64,000 bases of DNA from Hemiscyllium ocellatum (taxonomy: Eukaryota). The stretch is from contig NC_083435.1 of the NCBI RefSeq assembly GCF_020745735.1, positions 19,281,231 to 19,345,230 on the forward strand. Reading direction: 5' to 3'. Positions 37,750 through 50,654 of the stretch are shown here, piece by piece. Made by a program: the position numbers and the translations under genes. The stretch's first letter is position 1, and each line of letters starts with the position of its first letter. The notes below the pieces were generated by a model. It was given only the letters and a program-made list of their open reading frames with translations. It did not search any database and had not been told where the DNA came from.

Positions 37750-38430
37750 GATATTGATAAGCTTGACGACTGCAGTGCACAGTTGGAAAATGTGTGATTG
37801 TCCACTTGGCAGCAAGAATAAAAAAAATTGAAATATTATTCAAATGACGGAAGATTCTGGCAGGCAATGAGTACTGGAGTGCCATAGGTTCATATGGAGG
37901 CTCAATAAGTAATTAGTTGTGGCTATGCAGGACATTGGTTAGGCCACTTTTGGAATACAACATTCAATTCTGGTCTTCCTCCCATAGGAAAGGCATTGTG
38001 AAACTTGAAGAAGTTCAGAAAAGAATTGGAAGGTTGGAGGGCTTGAGCTGTAGGGAGTGACTGAATAGGCTGGGGCTGTTTTCTCTAGAGCATTGGAGGC
38101 TTTTGGGGTTTCCTTATAGAAATTTAAGGGGCATGGATAAGGTGCATAACCAAGGTCTTCTTCTCAGGGTAGAAGAGTCCAAAACTAGAGGGCATAAGTT
38201 TAAGGTGAAAGAGGAAAAAATTCAAAGGGACTTAACTGGCAACGTTTGCTCGCAGATGATGGTGCATGTATGAAATGAGCTGGCAGAGGAAGTGGTGGAG
38301 GCTGGTACAATTACCAACATTTAAAAAGCATCTGGTTGATTACATGAATAGGAAGGTTTAGAGGGATATGGGCCAAATGCTGGCAAATGGGACTAAATTT
38401 GTTTAGGATATCTGGACGGGTTGGACTGAA
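37750..38430 (+). mobile_element. CR1 3' fragment, decayed
   Basis: LVRPLLEY, TRGH, NELAE motifs. Confidence 0.85.
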
Positions 38431-39318
38431 GTTTAAGCGGAATAATGGGCAGGACAAACAATTATTCAGGAGATCAGATTTTCTTCTGTTATTACCTGTG
38501 AGTTTATGTGGTTCATTCATATTAATAACCCTAATTCTACTTTAATTTTCTTTGTATTATGGATGTGCTGAAAGAGTACACCTGCTTATGTTCCTTCCTA
38601 ACTTGATTTTTTACTCTCTCTTTGATATCCTAATGGTTTATGAACTTGCACCTAAACTTTTGATATCTCTTTTTGCCCTCTCCTTTATTATGTATAAACC
38701 TTTTATGTGTCCCTTACTTTAGATTTTGTCCTCCCTTTAGTTATTCATTCATCTGCCATTTTGCATTACTTGCTTGCTTTGTGGTTATAAGGCAATACAT
38801 CTCTCTTAAAGTGTGTTAATTACCCTGTTGAAGATATCCCACTGTGTTTTGTCTCTTTTCTTTTCAGGATTTTTTCAGTTTTACATTCATCTTGATTTCC
38901 TCATAAGCTGCTCATTTCCCATCAGGACAATTTGCAAGAATACCAAGTTAAAGGGAAGACTAAATTTAACTGTCGGAGAGTCAAGTGCTGTTTGATTGGC
39001 TAGTAGACTCTGATTTGTAGAAATGTTGCCGTGGCAAGTGGATAAATTAATTGTCTGACAGTTAACTGCTAACAATTTAGTATTGTTAATCGGGATTGCA
39101 GTATGGTGCACTTATGTGCCCTGGAAAGCTGCATATAATCATATAGAAGAGCCAGTTCTTTGCAGACAGAAAGGGCACATGCATTCACAATGCCTGCTTC
39201 AACTCAACAAAATAGGTGACAGCCATAAGCTGGTTTCCACCTCAGGGCAGTGGCCAATCTAAGTCAGGCTCCCTGTTCAAAAAAAAACTTGGCACTTAAC
39301 TGCCAGTTACCATGAACT

Positions 39319-39534
39319 TAGATCAGAGTGGTGCTGGAAAAGCACAGCAGGTCAGGCAGCATCTGAGGAGCAGAAAAATCGATGTTTCGGGCAAAACCCC
39401 TTTTCCCGATGAAGGGCTTTTGCCTGAAACATCAATTTTCCTGCTCCTCAGATGCTGCCTGACCTCCTGTGCTTTTCAAGCACCACTCTAATCTAAACTC
39501 TGGTTTCCAGCATCTGCAGTCCTAACTTTTGCCT
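39319..39534 (+). mobile_element. Fold-back hammerhead mini-element (TTTT-loop subfamily)
   Basis: 14-bp TSD AGTTACCATGAACT (39305-39318 / 39535-39548); core mutated (CCGATGA). Confidence 0.85.
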
Positions 39535-40131
39535 AGTTACCATGAACTGGTGCATTCGCCAGGGCATTGCCTTTAGCAGAGTGTTCTTGGCAGCCTATTT
39601 GCACTATCCACTCAAAGTATAACTGTTGATTTAATCCTTAAATTAGATCTCTTTGAATTGTTCCCATGTGTGTAAGTTAAAACGGTTTGGCATAATGTGT
39701 CCCATTTCAGCAATCCTCAGGTTCTGTATTACCAAACACTTGCAGCATCTGTATAAATTCTGCATCCAGTTTGATATTATTTGCATCCTTTTTAAATTAT
39801 CAATATGTTATCTTTGTCTTGCTCAGCTTCTCACACCCCAGTCCCTTCCTAAATGTATCATGCTGTTAGTTGCCAATCAGTTGCCATTTTTCAATCTTCT
39901 GCAAATTGCCTGGCTCAGCTTTTGCCTTGAGCTCATTCCTTCTATTATGAATAGGAATCATAATTGTTACAACTGTGGTTTAAATTGCTTTTGCTTATTA
40001 TTCATCTTTCTGTGTTGTCACAGTTATTTCAGCTATCTGCTGTACTTTCCCAGAGAGCTGTGTAGAGATATGAATGTGGTCAACATGTCAGAATATTCAT
40101 CAATTTGTAATGTTTTACACTGTGTTCCTAG

Positions 40132-40221
40132 AGACAAGAGCAATGATACAAAAACTCCAATCTACGTGGAGTTCTTCCAGATGTTTGTTACAAATTCCTT
40201 CACAAATGTGCAATCTTGGTG
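40132..40221 (+). CDS. Candidate 90-nt symmetric exon (two frames open)
   Basis: Acceptor TTTTACACTGTGTTCCTAG|, donor GTG|GTAAGG. Confidence 0.2.
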
Positions 40222-41484
40222 GTAAGGATCTAAAGTTGTTCCTGTTTTCTCGTCAATTGCTAAACTTCACAATGCACACAATTACTAATAAAACCAGTTG
40301 ATGCTGTTTTTATAAATCTAGCATTGTTTCTGCTAAAGTCTTGCTCCAGCTTTTGTTGGTGTCAAAGTAAATGTCTCACATTTCAACACTTGTCATCTCA
40401 TGTCTTCCTTTTAAAGTTATTTTATTAATGTAAAGCACCATACTGATATCTAAATGTATTTGAACGGAAAATGGAAGTTCCTATCGACAAAACGATTTGA
40501 AATAAAAGAGGATTTCGAATGAGATGTAAATGGGAAAAGTATCCCATGCAAATTTGGAGGATTCCAGATGTGAATTAAGGAAGAGCCTCCACATCATGGC
40601 TATTCTGATTCGGGAAGAATTGCTTTGTTTCATCTCTTACTAATTGTAAGTCATTACATATGTTTGTAGAGGAAGGTTTTCTCATTGATACAAGGGAAAT
40701 GAGAGATGAGGATTGTGGAATTCGACCTTAACTGATGGAAACTGAAACAAATCTATACAACACGTTTGACCAACATTCACTGTGAAACTATTACTTGAGG
40801 TTAAATTCTTTGCTGCTCTGCAACACGTTCACAGTCATGGCTTCACACTATTGCCTTTAGATAATGTGATAAACTGCCTTCCTTTTCATCTTTTCATACT
40901 TGAGACATCAAGATCTTTATCTATGGCTGAACATTATATATGACCATCAAAGGTACAAGTGTGGCTGCTTTGAATAAATGGTTTGTTTTTTATTGTCACC
41001 TCTGTGCTTTCATGTACTGGTTGAATATGTGAGCACTTGTTGATTTTCTCTCTTTTTTTTGGTTTGTTGAGGGGGGAGGAGCTCAGCAACATTTTAATTA
41101 ATGCAAAAAGAAACGGTTGCGGGTAAACGCTTAATTCCATTTCAACAGAACCCAGCGTGCATGCAGCAACAAAAGCAAGAAGCCCTGAAGCTGATCTATT
41201 GAAGGGTCACTGGACTTGATACGCTAACTCTGTTTTTCTCTCCACAGATGTTGCCAGACCTGCTGAGCTTCTCCTTCACATTCTGGTTTTGTTTCAGATC
41301 TCCAGCATCCACAGTTCATTGTTTTATATAACTGTCCCATGCAGTGACTGGCAAAAATCAAGTAACACTTGGCTTTGAAATGCTGGTACCTTTAGTGTTA
41401 AGAAGAGGGAGGTACCACCTGTGAATGAATATGCCCATCTCCTTATGGAAGTGAAAGTGTCAGAGACATAAACACATGCAAATG

Positions 41485-42425
41485 TCTAAGAGGTACAGTT
41501 AGTAAATTTGCAGATGACACCAAAATTGGAGGTGTAGTGGACAGCGAAGAGGGTTACCTCAGATTCCAACAGGATCTGGAACCAGATGGGCCAATGGGCT
41601 GAGAAGTGGCAGATTGAGTTTAATTCATATAAATGCGAGGTGCTGCATTTTGGGAATGCAAATCTTAGCAGAACTTATACACTTAATGGTAAGGTCCCAG
41701 GGAGTGTTGCTGAACAGAGAGACTTTGGAGTGCAGGTTCATAGCTCCTTGAAAGTGGAGTTGCAGGTAGATAGGATAGTGAAGAAGGCGTTTGGTGTGCT
41801 TTCCTTTATTGGTCAGAGTATTGAGTACAGGAGTTGGGAGGTCATGTTGCGGCTGTACAGGACATTGGTTTGACCACTATTGGAATATTGCGTGCAATTC
41901 TGGTCTCTTTCCTATCGGAAAGATGTTGTGAAACTTGAAAGGGTTCAGAAAAGATTTACAAGGATGTTGCCAGGGTTGGAGGATTTGAGCTATAGGGAGA
42001 GGCTGAACAGGCTGGGGCTGTCTTCGCTGGAGTGTCGGAGGCTGAGGGGTGACTTTATAGAGGTTTACAAAATTATGAGGGGCATGGATAGGGTAAATAG
42101 GCAAAGTCTGTTCCCTGGGGTCAGGGAGTCCAGAACTAGAGGGTATAGGTTTAGGGTGAGAGGGGAAAGATATAAAAGAGACATAAGGGACAACCTTTTC
42201 ATGCAGAGGGTGGTACGTGTATGGAATGAGCTGCCAGAGGATCTGGTGGAGGCTGGTACAATTGCAACATTTAGGAGACATTTGGATGGGTAAATGAATA
42301 AGAAGGGTTTGGAGGGATATGGACCGGGTGCTGGCAGGTGGGACTAGATTGGGTTGGGATATCTGGTCGGCATGGACAGGTTGGACCGAAGGGTCTGTAT
42401 CCCTGCTGTACGTCTCTATGACTCT
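41485..42425 (+). mobile_element. Young CR1 3' fragment
   Basis: FADDTKIGG to RHLDG, nearly intact; CR1 tail. Confidence 0.95.
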
Positions 42426-42654
42426 GCGTCACAACAACATCAATGGCTTACCTAGTGGGCGGGTTTAACTCAGTTGGCTGTATAACGAGCTTGCAGTGTA
42501 AAGTGATGGTAGCAGCATGGGTTCAATGCTCATGCTAGCAGAGATAACCATGTATGGTTTCCCTGTGTCAATCTCTCCCCTTGTGAGAGGCATGATGCAT
42601 CTCAGATTAAACTGTCCCCAGTCATTCTTTTCCAATGAGGGAGCAACTCAAATT

Positions 42655-42990
42655 TTTTTACATTTCAAAATATGCTTTTATTCATAAAAAAACTTTATAT
42701 ATATAGTCACAAGTGCAGTTTGGTTCTGTACATTAGTATAACAAGGAAACAAACAAACATTGGAGTTTGACTCTGTCCAAACAAACCTAAGCCTTACTTG
42801 AACCAAATTGTATTGACCTACATGTGAGGCATGAGGAGGGTCAAATAACTGAACGGGGCCCCATTTAACTTCAGCAGGAAAACCTCAGATAGTGGCCATT
42901 CCCCACTTGCTAGCAGCTGCTCGAAGCTTTAGTGCATCGCCTTAGACTTTGGAATGTGCCAGTCTGCAAACTATGATCTGGCAGTACTAT
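42655..42990 (-). mobile_element. Tx1-type LINE 3' end
   Basis: Homologous to 31250-31620. Confidence 0.65.
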
Positions 42991-44589
42991 GGTGATTTTA
43001 CCCTTGTACAGTTCCCAGGATCTTGTTTTGCACAACTTAGCTGTTGTATTTCCTTCATTACAGCAATGGCAATATTTTTTAAAATAGCTGTTGCAATAAA
43101 AGACAAAGTACTCTATAAATGCATTATTTCTTTGTCAGATACAACTGATGGGATTGGCCGTGTTTCCTGACACAAAAACAAGCCTTCCTTTTGTGACAAG
43201 AAACAAAGTGACAGCGATTTCAAGCAAAAGCAAAATATTGTAAATTCTGAAATAAAACCAGAAACTGATGGGAATTCTCAGCAAGGTTTCAGAGAGAGAG
43301 AAAGAGAACTTTCAGGGTCAGCATGCTTCAGGTTAATGATGTCTTGTCAGACCTGAAAAGTGTTCAGGAAATAAAAGGGTTCAGTAAATTCCGAGATTGC
43401 TGCTGATGGGAAAGTGACTAGACCTGGGACAAGAGAATGTGTAAATCGAAGAAAATTTGCTGCCGTCAGGTGCCACTTCTGGGGACAGAGGTCATGAAAT
43501 TGCTGAACTCGAAGTTGTGCACAGCCGCCTTTAAGATGCCTAATCAAGAACCCTCCCTTTTGGGGTGCATCATCATCATTTTGTCATTTACCCATTTCTG
43601 CTCTCCATCCTATCCCAGACGCTGCCTGTGTCCTTATCCACCATCATCCTACAGTCCATGCCTCTGTGCTTAAAAGCTGTTTCCCTATCAGTTCTGCTGA
43701 TTTGGGCTTGATTTACATCAGTGGGGGGGTGGGGACAAAGGTTGAAATGAGATTTGAGAATCGCTGGCAAGGCCACGATTTTATACTCATCTTGAATTGT
43801 TCCTTGATACAGTGATGGTGAGCCACCTTCATCGGGTGCCTTTGGCAATGCATTACAGTTGAATGTGTGGATCTGAAATCACATGTAAGCCAACAGGAGG
43901 TAAGGCCATCAGATTTCCCTCTGTACTTAAACTAGTTGGCTTTTTACATCTGCCAGTGATGGTTTCCTGACAGATCTTTCCTTTTCACACAAATTTCTCC
44001 AAATCAGTACAAAGCTCTTCCCTATTCATGTCTCATTCTCTGGATTAAATGGCCATTCAATTCGAGTTATTGATTAAATTAGTTTAAATTCTAAGAGCTG
44101 CTTTGGGATTTAAACTTTTGTTCCTGGATTACTGATCTAATGAAAGCAGCTCAGGGCTACTGTCTTGTCTGCGGGCGCTGTACCTTTTAGCCAATAGGAA
44201 CACCTTTGATTACCCTGAATTTCACAGAGGATTCCCCTCAGCCAGATGTAATAGCCTCCTAGCTGCTAAAACACAGATCGATTGCCAACTTGGCAAAACA
44301 GCAAGGGATGCTGGGTACATTGGCCAAGTAAAAGTCTGATGTCACAAAACCCAGACACCAGACGCAAACAGCAACTAGGTGCTAAAGACATTAGCATAGT
44401 GAAAAGGGCATATCATGTCATTGGCATATCTCATCAAATAAACAAAATAGTGGATCCAAGAAACAGATCCTCAAGCCTAAAACAATGGAACAAATATTTA
44501 TAGGCCATTTAGAGATTAACAAAGCCTTCCAAATCAATAGCAGGATCTCCTGGCATTATTTACTTCCCCACACCCCTTGTCCAGTGCTT

Positions 44590-45790
44590 TATACATTTGA
44601 ACCCTCAGACTCACTCCAAGTTTGACTTCCAAATGAAGTAGAAGACAGTTCGGGTGACTGCAGTGATGCAGGCTTCAGGAATGGGCCACATTTGTGCCAC
44701 GTGTGACAACAGAGAGAGTGCCTCATACTTGATGATCAGGTTTTTACCTGCAATGAAGAGGGGACAGCTGTCCCATCTGCCTAGTTTCTGCCTGGTCTTG
44801 GTGGTATGCTCCTCCCCGGTTCCGGCTCATCCAAATCACATTCCCAGCACCTTCCCAGGACCTATCTATCCGGCCGATAAAGGGTATAAAGAATTGGTCA
44901 CTCTTGCCTCAGTTTACCTTGGCTCCTGAGGCCAGTTCGAACTGGTCACAGATGCTCAGGAGTCTGCTCATGGGCAGCGGAGCCGAGCAGAAAACGGCAG
45001 CATCATCCATGTCCAGGAAGGCTTTGACCTGCTGGCCCCCACTGCCTGGAATAGTCTCCCCTCTCAGGCTCACATCCTTCCTGATGGACTCAGCAAACGG
45101 CTCTATGCAACACACACACACACACACACACGGAGAGAGTGGGCAGCCCTGCCTAACTCCAGGTCTGATCAGGAAGCTTTCATTGATTGAGACTACACAA
45201 ATGATTTTGGTATAGAGCACTCGGATCCAATTGCAGATTTCCTCCCAGTGCACATTTGGGAAAACATATCCAACATATAGGTGCACGATGTCCTGTCAAA
45301 GATCTTCTCCTGGTCCAAGCTGATGAGGTAGGTGTCCATTACCCTCGATCCTGCACCTAGGCAATCCTATCCCTGAGGAGCACGAGGCTGTCAGAGATTG
45401 TCCTGCCCGGTACAACACAGGATTGGTAAGGGTGAATCACCAATCCCAGAGCAGACCTGACCCGGTTGGACAATGGACTTAGACAGGAACTTGTCGTCTG
45501 CCTTCTCCAGTGATATTAGTTGCCAATTTCTAATTTCTTTCCTCCCCCACTATTTTGCACTTGTAGGTGAGAGCGATGATATCTTTCCTCATGGATTCAC
45601 ACATGGTAGTGTCGTACACCTCCCTCTTGCTGAAGGGGAGCCTGGATTGTGCAGAGGTGGATGTAGCTGGCCTTTCGCAGTCGGCAGAAAATGGGCAGCT
45701 CCAAGTTTGGGTCCAGTATCAGAGCAGGCTCAATGACTCGATCAGGCGTCAGGAACCCTGGGCCTCAGTGTAACACAGGCCTCTGAGTAT
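44590..45790 (-). mobile_element. Tx1-type LINE RT fragment
   Basis: GVRQGCPLSP...CCIEPFAESIRKD...PGSGG...DMDDAAVFCS...FELASGAKVN. Confidence 0.85.
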
Positions 45791-45887
45791 TCACCCTCAG
45801 CAGTCACACCAGCTGAGGAGCCTGGGAGTGTGTTGCTTCACCAAATGGAATGGGTGAACCCTCAGTGAGACATAGAGCCATTGAGTT

Positions 45888-46095
45888 ACTGTTGACCAAC
45901 CACTGAGACATGAAGCTTGTAACCGAAAGGGGCAGCTGATGCTGGCCTGCAGATGCCCATGATCTCTCTGCTTTTCAGTTTTGCTTTAAATGCTTGAGAG
46001 GGAGCCCACAGCGGCGGAGGCGTTCCCGCGTCTGAATGTAGTCACAAGGAAGGATGACAATAAATACTTCAAGTGAAAGAAAATATAAGTTTCAG
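45888..46095 (-). repeat. ~208-bp interspersed unit, copy 1
   Basis: Colinear with 47310-47516 over its full length. Confidence 0.85.
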
Positions 46096-46122
46096 ATTAA
46101 GTAATTTCTATTTGGTTTCTCT

Positions 46123-46156
<34 letters not shown>

Positions 46157-46945
46157 CAACCTGTGATCACAGTCTACTTCTTAGAACTGAGGTGTTTATC
46201 AGGTGTTCACCATTTCCCTTTTCGGAACTTTCCGTTTTTAACTTCAAATTAAAAAGCACGTTTCTGAAAAGATAGTCATCTTGTAAAGTTCAACATTTGT
46301 GAGTCTAGGGCACCCAGCTGACATCCTCAGTCATGTCTCAGGGCTTTGAACTTGTGAAGCCCTCCCTTCAAGGTGGCCCAGTAGTTCTATTGACAGTACT
46401 GCCCAACACACAGTCCTTGTGGAGACAAAGGCTCTTCTTCACTTTAAGAATACACCCCCATCATCTTGCATGGCACTACTGTCATGTTGAATGGGATTGA
46501 CTTGGAACAGATCTAGCAACTCAGTTAACAACTAGAGATGCTGGAGGTGGGCCACCAGCAGAATTGCATTCAACCGCAATCTGTATCTATAGCTGGCATA
46601 TCCTCTACTCTATCATTACCATCAAGCCAGGGGAAGAACCCTGGTTCAATGGACAGCAAGGAGTTCATGCCAGGAGCAACCACCAGGTGTACCTGAAGAC
46701 AACGTGTCAACCTGTTAATAATGAGACAAGACAGGACTATTTGCATGCCAAGCAGCAGAATCGGCGTAGGGTGAAGTGACCCCACAGCAAGCAGATCTCC
46801 ACTAACCCCTGCAGTCATGAAAAATTGAATTGCAAATGGCGGGGAAAGGTTGAATAATTAAGTGGAGGAAGAGGCTCAGTGTCTCTAATGATGGGGCAGA
46901 TCGGTGCAAAAGACCAGGCTAAAGCATTTACAGCTATATCAAGTA

Positions 46946-47147
46946 GGAGCAAGTGAGGACTGTAGATGCTGGAGATCAGAGCTGAAAAATGTGTCACTGG
47001 AAAAGCGCAACAGATCAGGAAGCGTCCAAGGAGCAGGAGAATCGATGTTCTGAAGCCCTCCTGAAGAAGGGCTTATGCCCGAAATGTTGATTCTCCTGCT
47101 CCTTCGATGCTGCCTGACCTGCTGCGCTTTTCCAGCCACACATTTTT
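46946..47147 (+). mobile_element. Fold-back family-A hammerhead mini-element
   Basis: CTGAAGA-AGGGCTTATGCCC-GAAATGTT at 47061-47088; 15-bp TSD with 1 mismatch (46931-46945 / 47148-47162). Confidence 0.85.
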
Positions 47148-47309
47148 CAGCTATGTCAAGTAATTCATCTTAGCCTCCTCCTGACCTCCCCCATGAATCT
47201 CAGATCTAATTCTTCAACCAATTCGATTCACTCCATGTGATATCAAGTAATGGCTGAGATCACTGGATTCTGAAAGACCTTAACAACATTCCCAGCAATT
47301 GTACTGAAG

Positions 47310-47516
47310 ACTGTTGACCAACCACTGAGATATGAAGCTCATAACCAACAAGGGTAGCTGACACTGGCCTGCAGATGGCCCTAATCTCTCTGTTTTTCAG
47401 TTTGCTTCAAATGGCTGTGAGGGAGCCTGTAGTGGTGAATGCGTTCCCCCGTCAGAACGTAATTGCAAGCAAAGAAGACAATAGATACTTCAAGCGAGAG
47501 AAACTATCTGCTTCAG
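47310..47516 (-). repeat. ~208-bp interspersed unit, copy 2, inserted in a LINE RT
   Basis: Colinear with 45888-46095; the host LINE resumes on both sides. Confidence 0.85.
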
Positions 47517-48989
47517 CGCTATCTGTGCACCCAGCCAAATTCTTCCAGTGCAGCTACAACGTTGTCGTCTTCCCAATAATTGGGAAATTGCCCGGTGCGC
47601 AAAAAAAAAGACAAATTTAAACTGGCCAATTACCACCTCATCAGAATCCATTTGATCATCAATAAAATGATGGAAGGTGTCATCAACAGTGCTAATGAGC
47701 AGCCCCTGCTCAGCATTAACCTGCTCAGGGACGCCCAGTTTGGGTTCTACCAGGGCCACTCAGCTCCTGACCTCATTACAGCCTTGGACCAAACATGGAC
47801 AATAGAGCTGGACTCCAGAGGTGGGATGAGAATGACAGCCCTGGACACCAAAATCACTTTTGATGGAGTGCTGCATCAAGGAGCCCTATGTTATGAAAAG
47901 GGAGAATAAAAGAATTTAAAATATTTTACTTTTCTCCACTTCAGCGAATTTAAAAAGTTTTTTTTATTCCGCTTTTGAAATGGACCATGGTGTGTCACAC
48001 CTTCAAACCTTCAGTTTATGAAGTTTGACTTTTGAAGGGGCCCATACCAATCTTTTTGGGTGTTTAAACAAAATGACAGTTTGTTCTTGCATTTGAATCC
48101 ATGGAGAGGGCCAATTGTAACAAAATGCTCACGTACACAAGGAAGAGAAAATGCAAGAAGGAAAAGAAACACTCTTACAATTCAGAATAACTTAAAACTC
48201 AAAGATACCCACCCCGTGGGTAATGGCTAAGGTATTTGCGTTGAGGAGCACCTACCTATTCCCTGATTAGATATCCAGTGATGGTCTCTCCCAACATTGC
48301 TGTTGGATCGCTAAGAAAAGGGCACTTTGCCCCATCCATTTTCCATTTCAAGCCTTGTTAAAAGTTGGCGTCACTCTCTCAGCTAACCCGCTGCCTTCGA
48401 TAGCTACTGTAGCAAGCAGACAATGAGTACATCCCACACAAAGGTCCAGAAAAACATAAAACATAATTGTTTCACAAACAATTTAAAGAATTAATTTTTC
48501 TTTGAAAATCTGGCTCTCCACCCCTGTCCCTGTTGAGGAAGCGTGCCCACTAACTCTAGCTGGAATGGAGTTGATCCTAAACACCAAGTTGAAAGGCCTT
48601 GTTATAACAGTAGCAGAGCAAGGTTGATAGATTTGAAACTGTGGCCACATTGGATGTTATCCTGTGGTTTTGCACAGGTTCCTGCATGATGCATGTTCTT
48701 TCAAATTCTCGGAAGACAATGAGGTCATTTTAGAATTTGGTCAATTGTCTGGTAACTCTATACTCACTGTCTTAGAGATTGGCATGTAATGCGTACAATG
48801 GAGATGATATTGAAATTGCTTGACCAACTTGTCCCATATACGCACTCCCATTTAACTGGGAGATGGTAGTGAAGCAGCAGTGCGGGCTCCTGCCTGGAAC
48901 TCATCAGCTCCATCTGCTTTTCCATTTTTTCCTTTTTTCTCAATTTTTTTCCCCTTGCTTTAACCTTCCTTACCCTATGCAGAAGCTCA

Positions 48990-49655
48990 GACCATAGAGT
49001 CATAGAGTCATAGAGATGTACAGCACAGAAACTGACCCTTCGGTCCAACCCGTCCATGCTGACCAGATATCCCAACCCAATCCAATCCAACCTGCCAGCA
49101 CCCGGCCCATATTCCTCCAAACCCTCCCTATTCATATACCCATCCAAATGCCTCTTAAATATTGCAATTGTACCAGTCTCCACCACATCCTCTGGCAGCT
49201 CATTCCATACACGTACCACCCTCTGTGTGAAAAGGTTGCCCCTTAGGTCTCTTTTATATCTTTCCCCTCTCACCCTAAACCTATGCCCTCTAGTTCTGGA
49301 CTCCCTGAGCCAGGGAAAAGACTTTGCCTATTTAGCCTATCCATGCCCCTCATAATTTTGTAAACCACTATAAGTTCACCCCTCAGCCTCCGACACTCCA
49401 GGGAAAACAGCCCCAACTTTTCAGTCTCTCCCTGTAGCTCAGATCCTCCAATCCTGGCAACATCCTTATAAATCTTTTCTGAACCCTTTCAAGTTTCACA
49501 ACATCTTTCCGATAGGAAGGAGACCAGACCTGCACGCAATATTCCAACAATGGCCTAACCAATGTCCTGTACAGCCGCAACATGACCTCCCAACTCCTGT
49601 ACTCAATACTCTGACCAATAAAGGAAAGCATACCAAACGCCGTCTTCACTGTCCA
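48990..49655 (-). mobile_element. Young CR1 3' fragment
   Basis: LEYCVQVWSP to RHLDGYMN; (ATAGAGTC)n tail. Confidence 0.95.
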
Positions 49656-49704
49656 ATTCAAGACGTCCAGCGCATCTGATACAGGTTTCTCTCCAGCGAC
49701 GAGA

Positions 49705-50120
49705 CTGTGTTCCCAGTGATGGAGGAGGGAGATGAGGCTGTGGTCCTGGTGATGGAGGAGGGAGACGAGGCTGTGGTCCTGGTGATGGAGGATGGAAGTG
49801 AGGCTGTGTTCCTGGTAATGGAGGAGGGAGGTGAGGCTGTGGTCCTGGTGATGGAGGAGGGAGGCGAGACTGTGTTCCTGGTGATGGAGAAGGGAGGTGA
49901 GGCTGTGGTCCTGGTGATGGAGGAAGGAGGCGAGACTGTGTTCCTGGTGATGGAGAAGGGAGGTGAGGCTGTGGTCCTGGTGATGGAGGAGGGAGGCCAG
50001 GCTGTGTTCCTGGTGATGGAGAAGGGAGGTGAGGCTGGGCACCTGGTGATGGAGGAAGGAGGTGAGGCTGTGGTCCTGGTGATGGAGGAGGGAGGCGAGG
50101 CTGTGGTCCTGGTGTGGGAG
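49705..50120. repeat. 33-bp G-rich minisatellite, ~12.5 copies (GGTGATGGAGGAGGGAGGTGAGGCTGTGGTCCT)
   Basis: Direct reading; 11-codon periodicity in the ORF track. Confidence 0.95.
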
Positions 50121-50654
50121 GAGACAGGCAAGTTCCGGTCTATGCCCTGTGTAGCATCTTAAGCGGCGGTTGCTCTGCCGAAATCAGGCCAGAGCGGGCT
50201 CATGGAGGCAAGATGGAGAAGGGCTCAAAGCTGGCCTACTGCTTCAAGCTGCTGATGGTCTGGTGTGAAGGGTCTGGATCCAGGCCATGGCTAAGCCTTT
50301 AAGAAGGACTGTCATGTTGAACCCTTAATTTATTTCTTTATTTTCTGCTTTGTAGTGAAGATTGTTTTATCTCGGCATTATTGTGTCTAAGATGGTGTCA
50401 TAATTGGCGACTTTGTACACTTTTCTCTGTATTCCTGTATCCCTGTACTTGAGTACATGTGACAATGAAATCTAATTCATTAAAAATAATCACTAAGAAA
50501 TTATTGGTTGTGTATCATTCATAACAAATGGATACAGGAAGAGCTAGTTTTCAATAATTTTTATCACCTTCCAGCACCGCCTGTGCTATTGTGAGGAGAG
50601 AGTTGGTAACATGACCCCTGCCTTTGTCTTCCACAGGAACTCGAACAGAAGGAT

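Larger units (their letters stand above)
46540..47890 (+). mobile_element. Non-CR1 LINE RT fragment (L2/Crack-group-like)
   Basis: ANYH(P)I...DAQFGF.QGHSAPDLITAL...ALD.K..FDGV.HQG; same family at 53385-54200. Confidence 0.7.

Noticed and set aside
39653-40225. 190-aa hydrophobic ORF
   Set aside because: T-rich low-complexity composition, TTG start, no motifs; only the 90-nt sub-segment has splice signals
49383-50162. His-rich or Glu-rich repeat proteins
   Set aside because: Consequence of a 33-bp unit; the frames run into CR1 sequence and have no splice or start context
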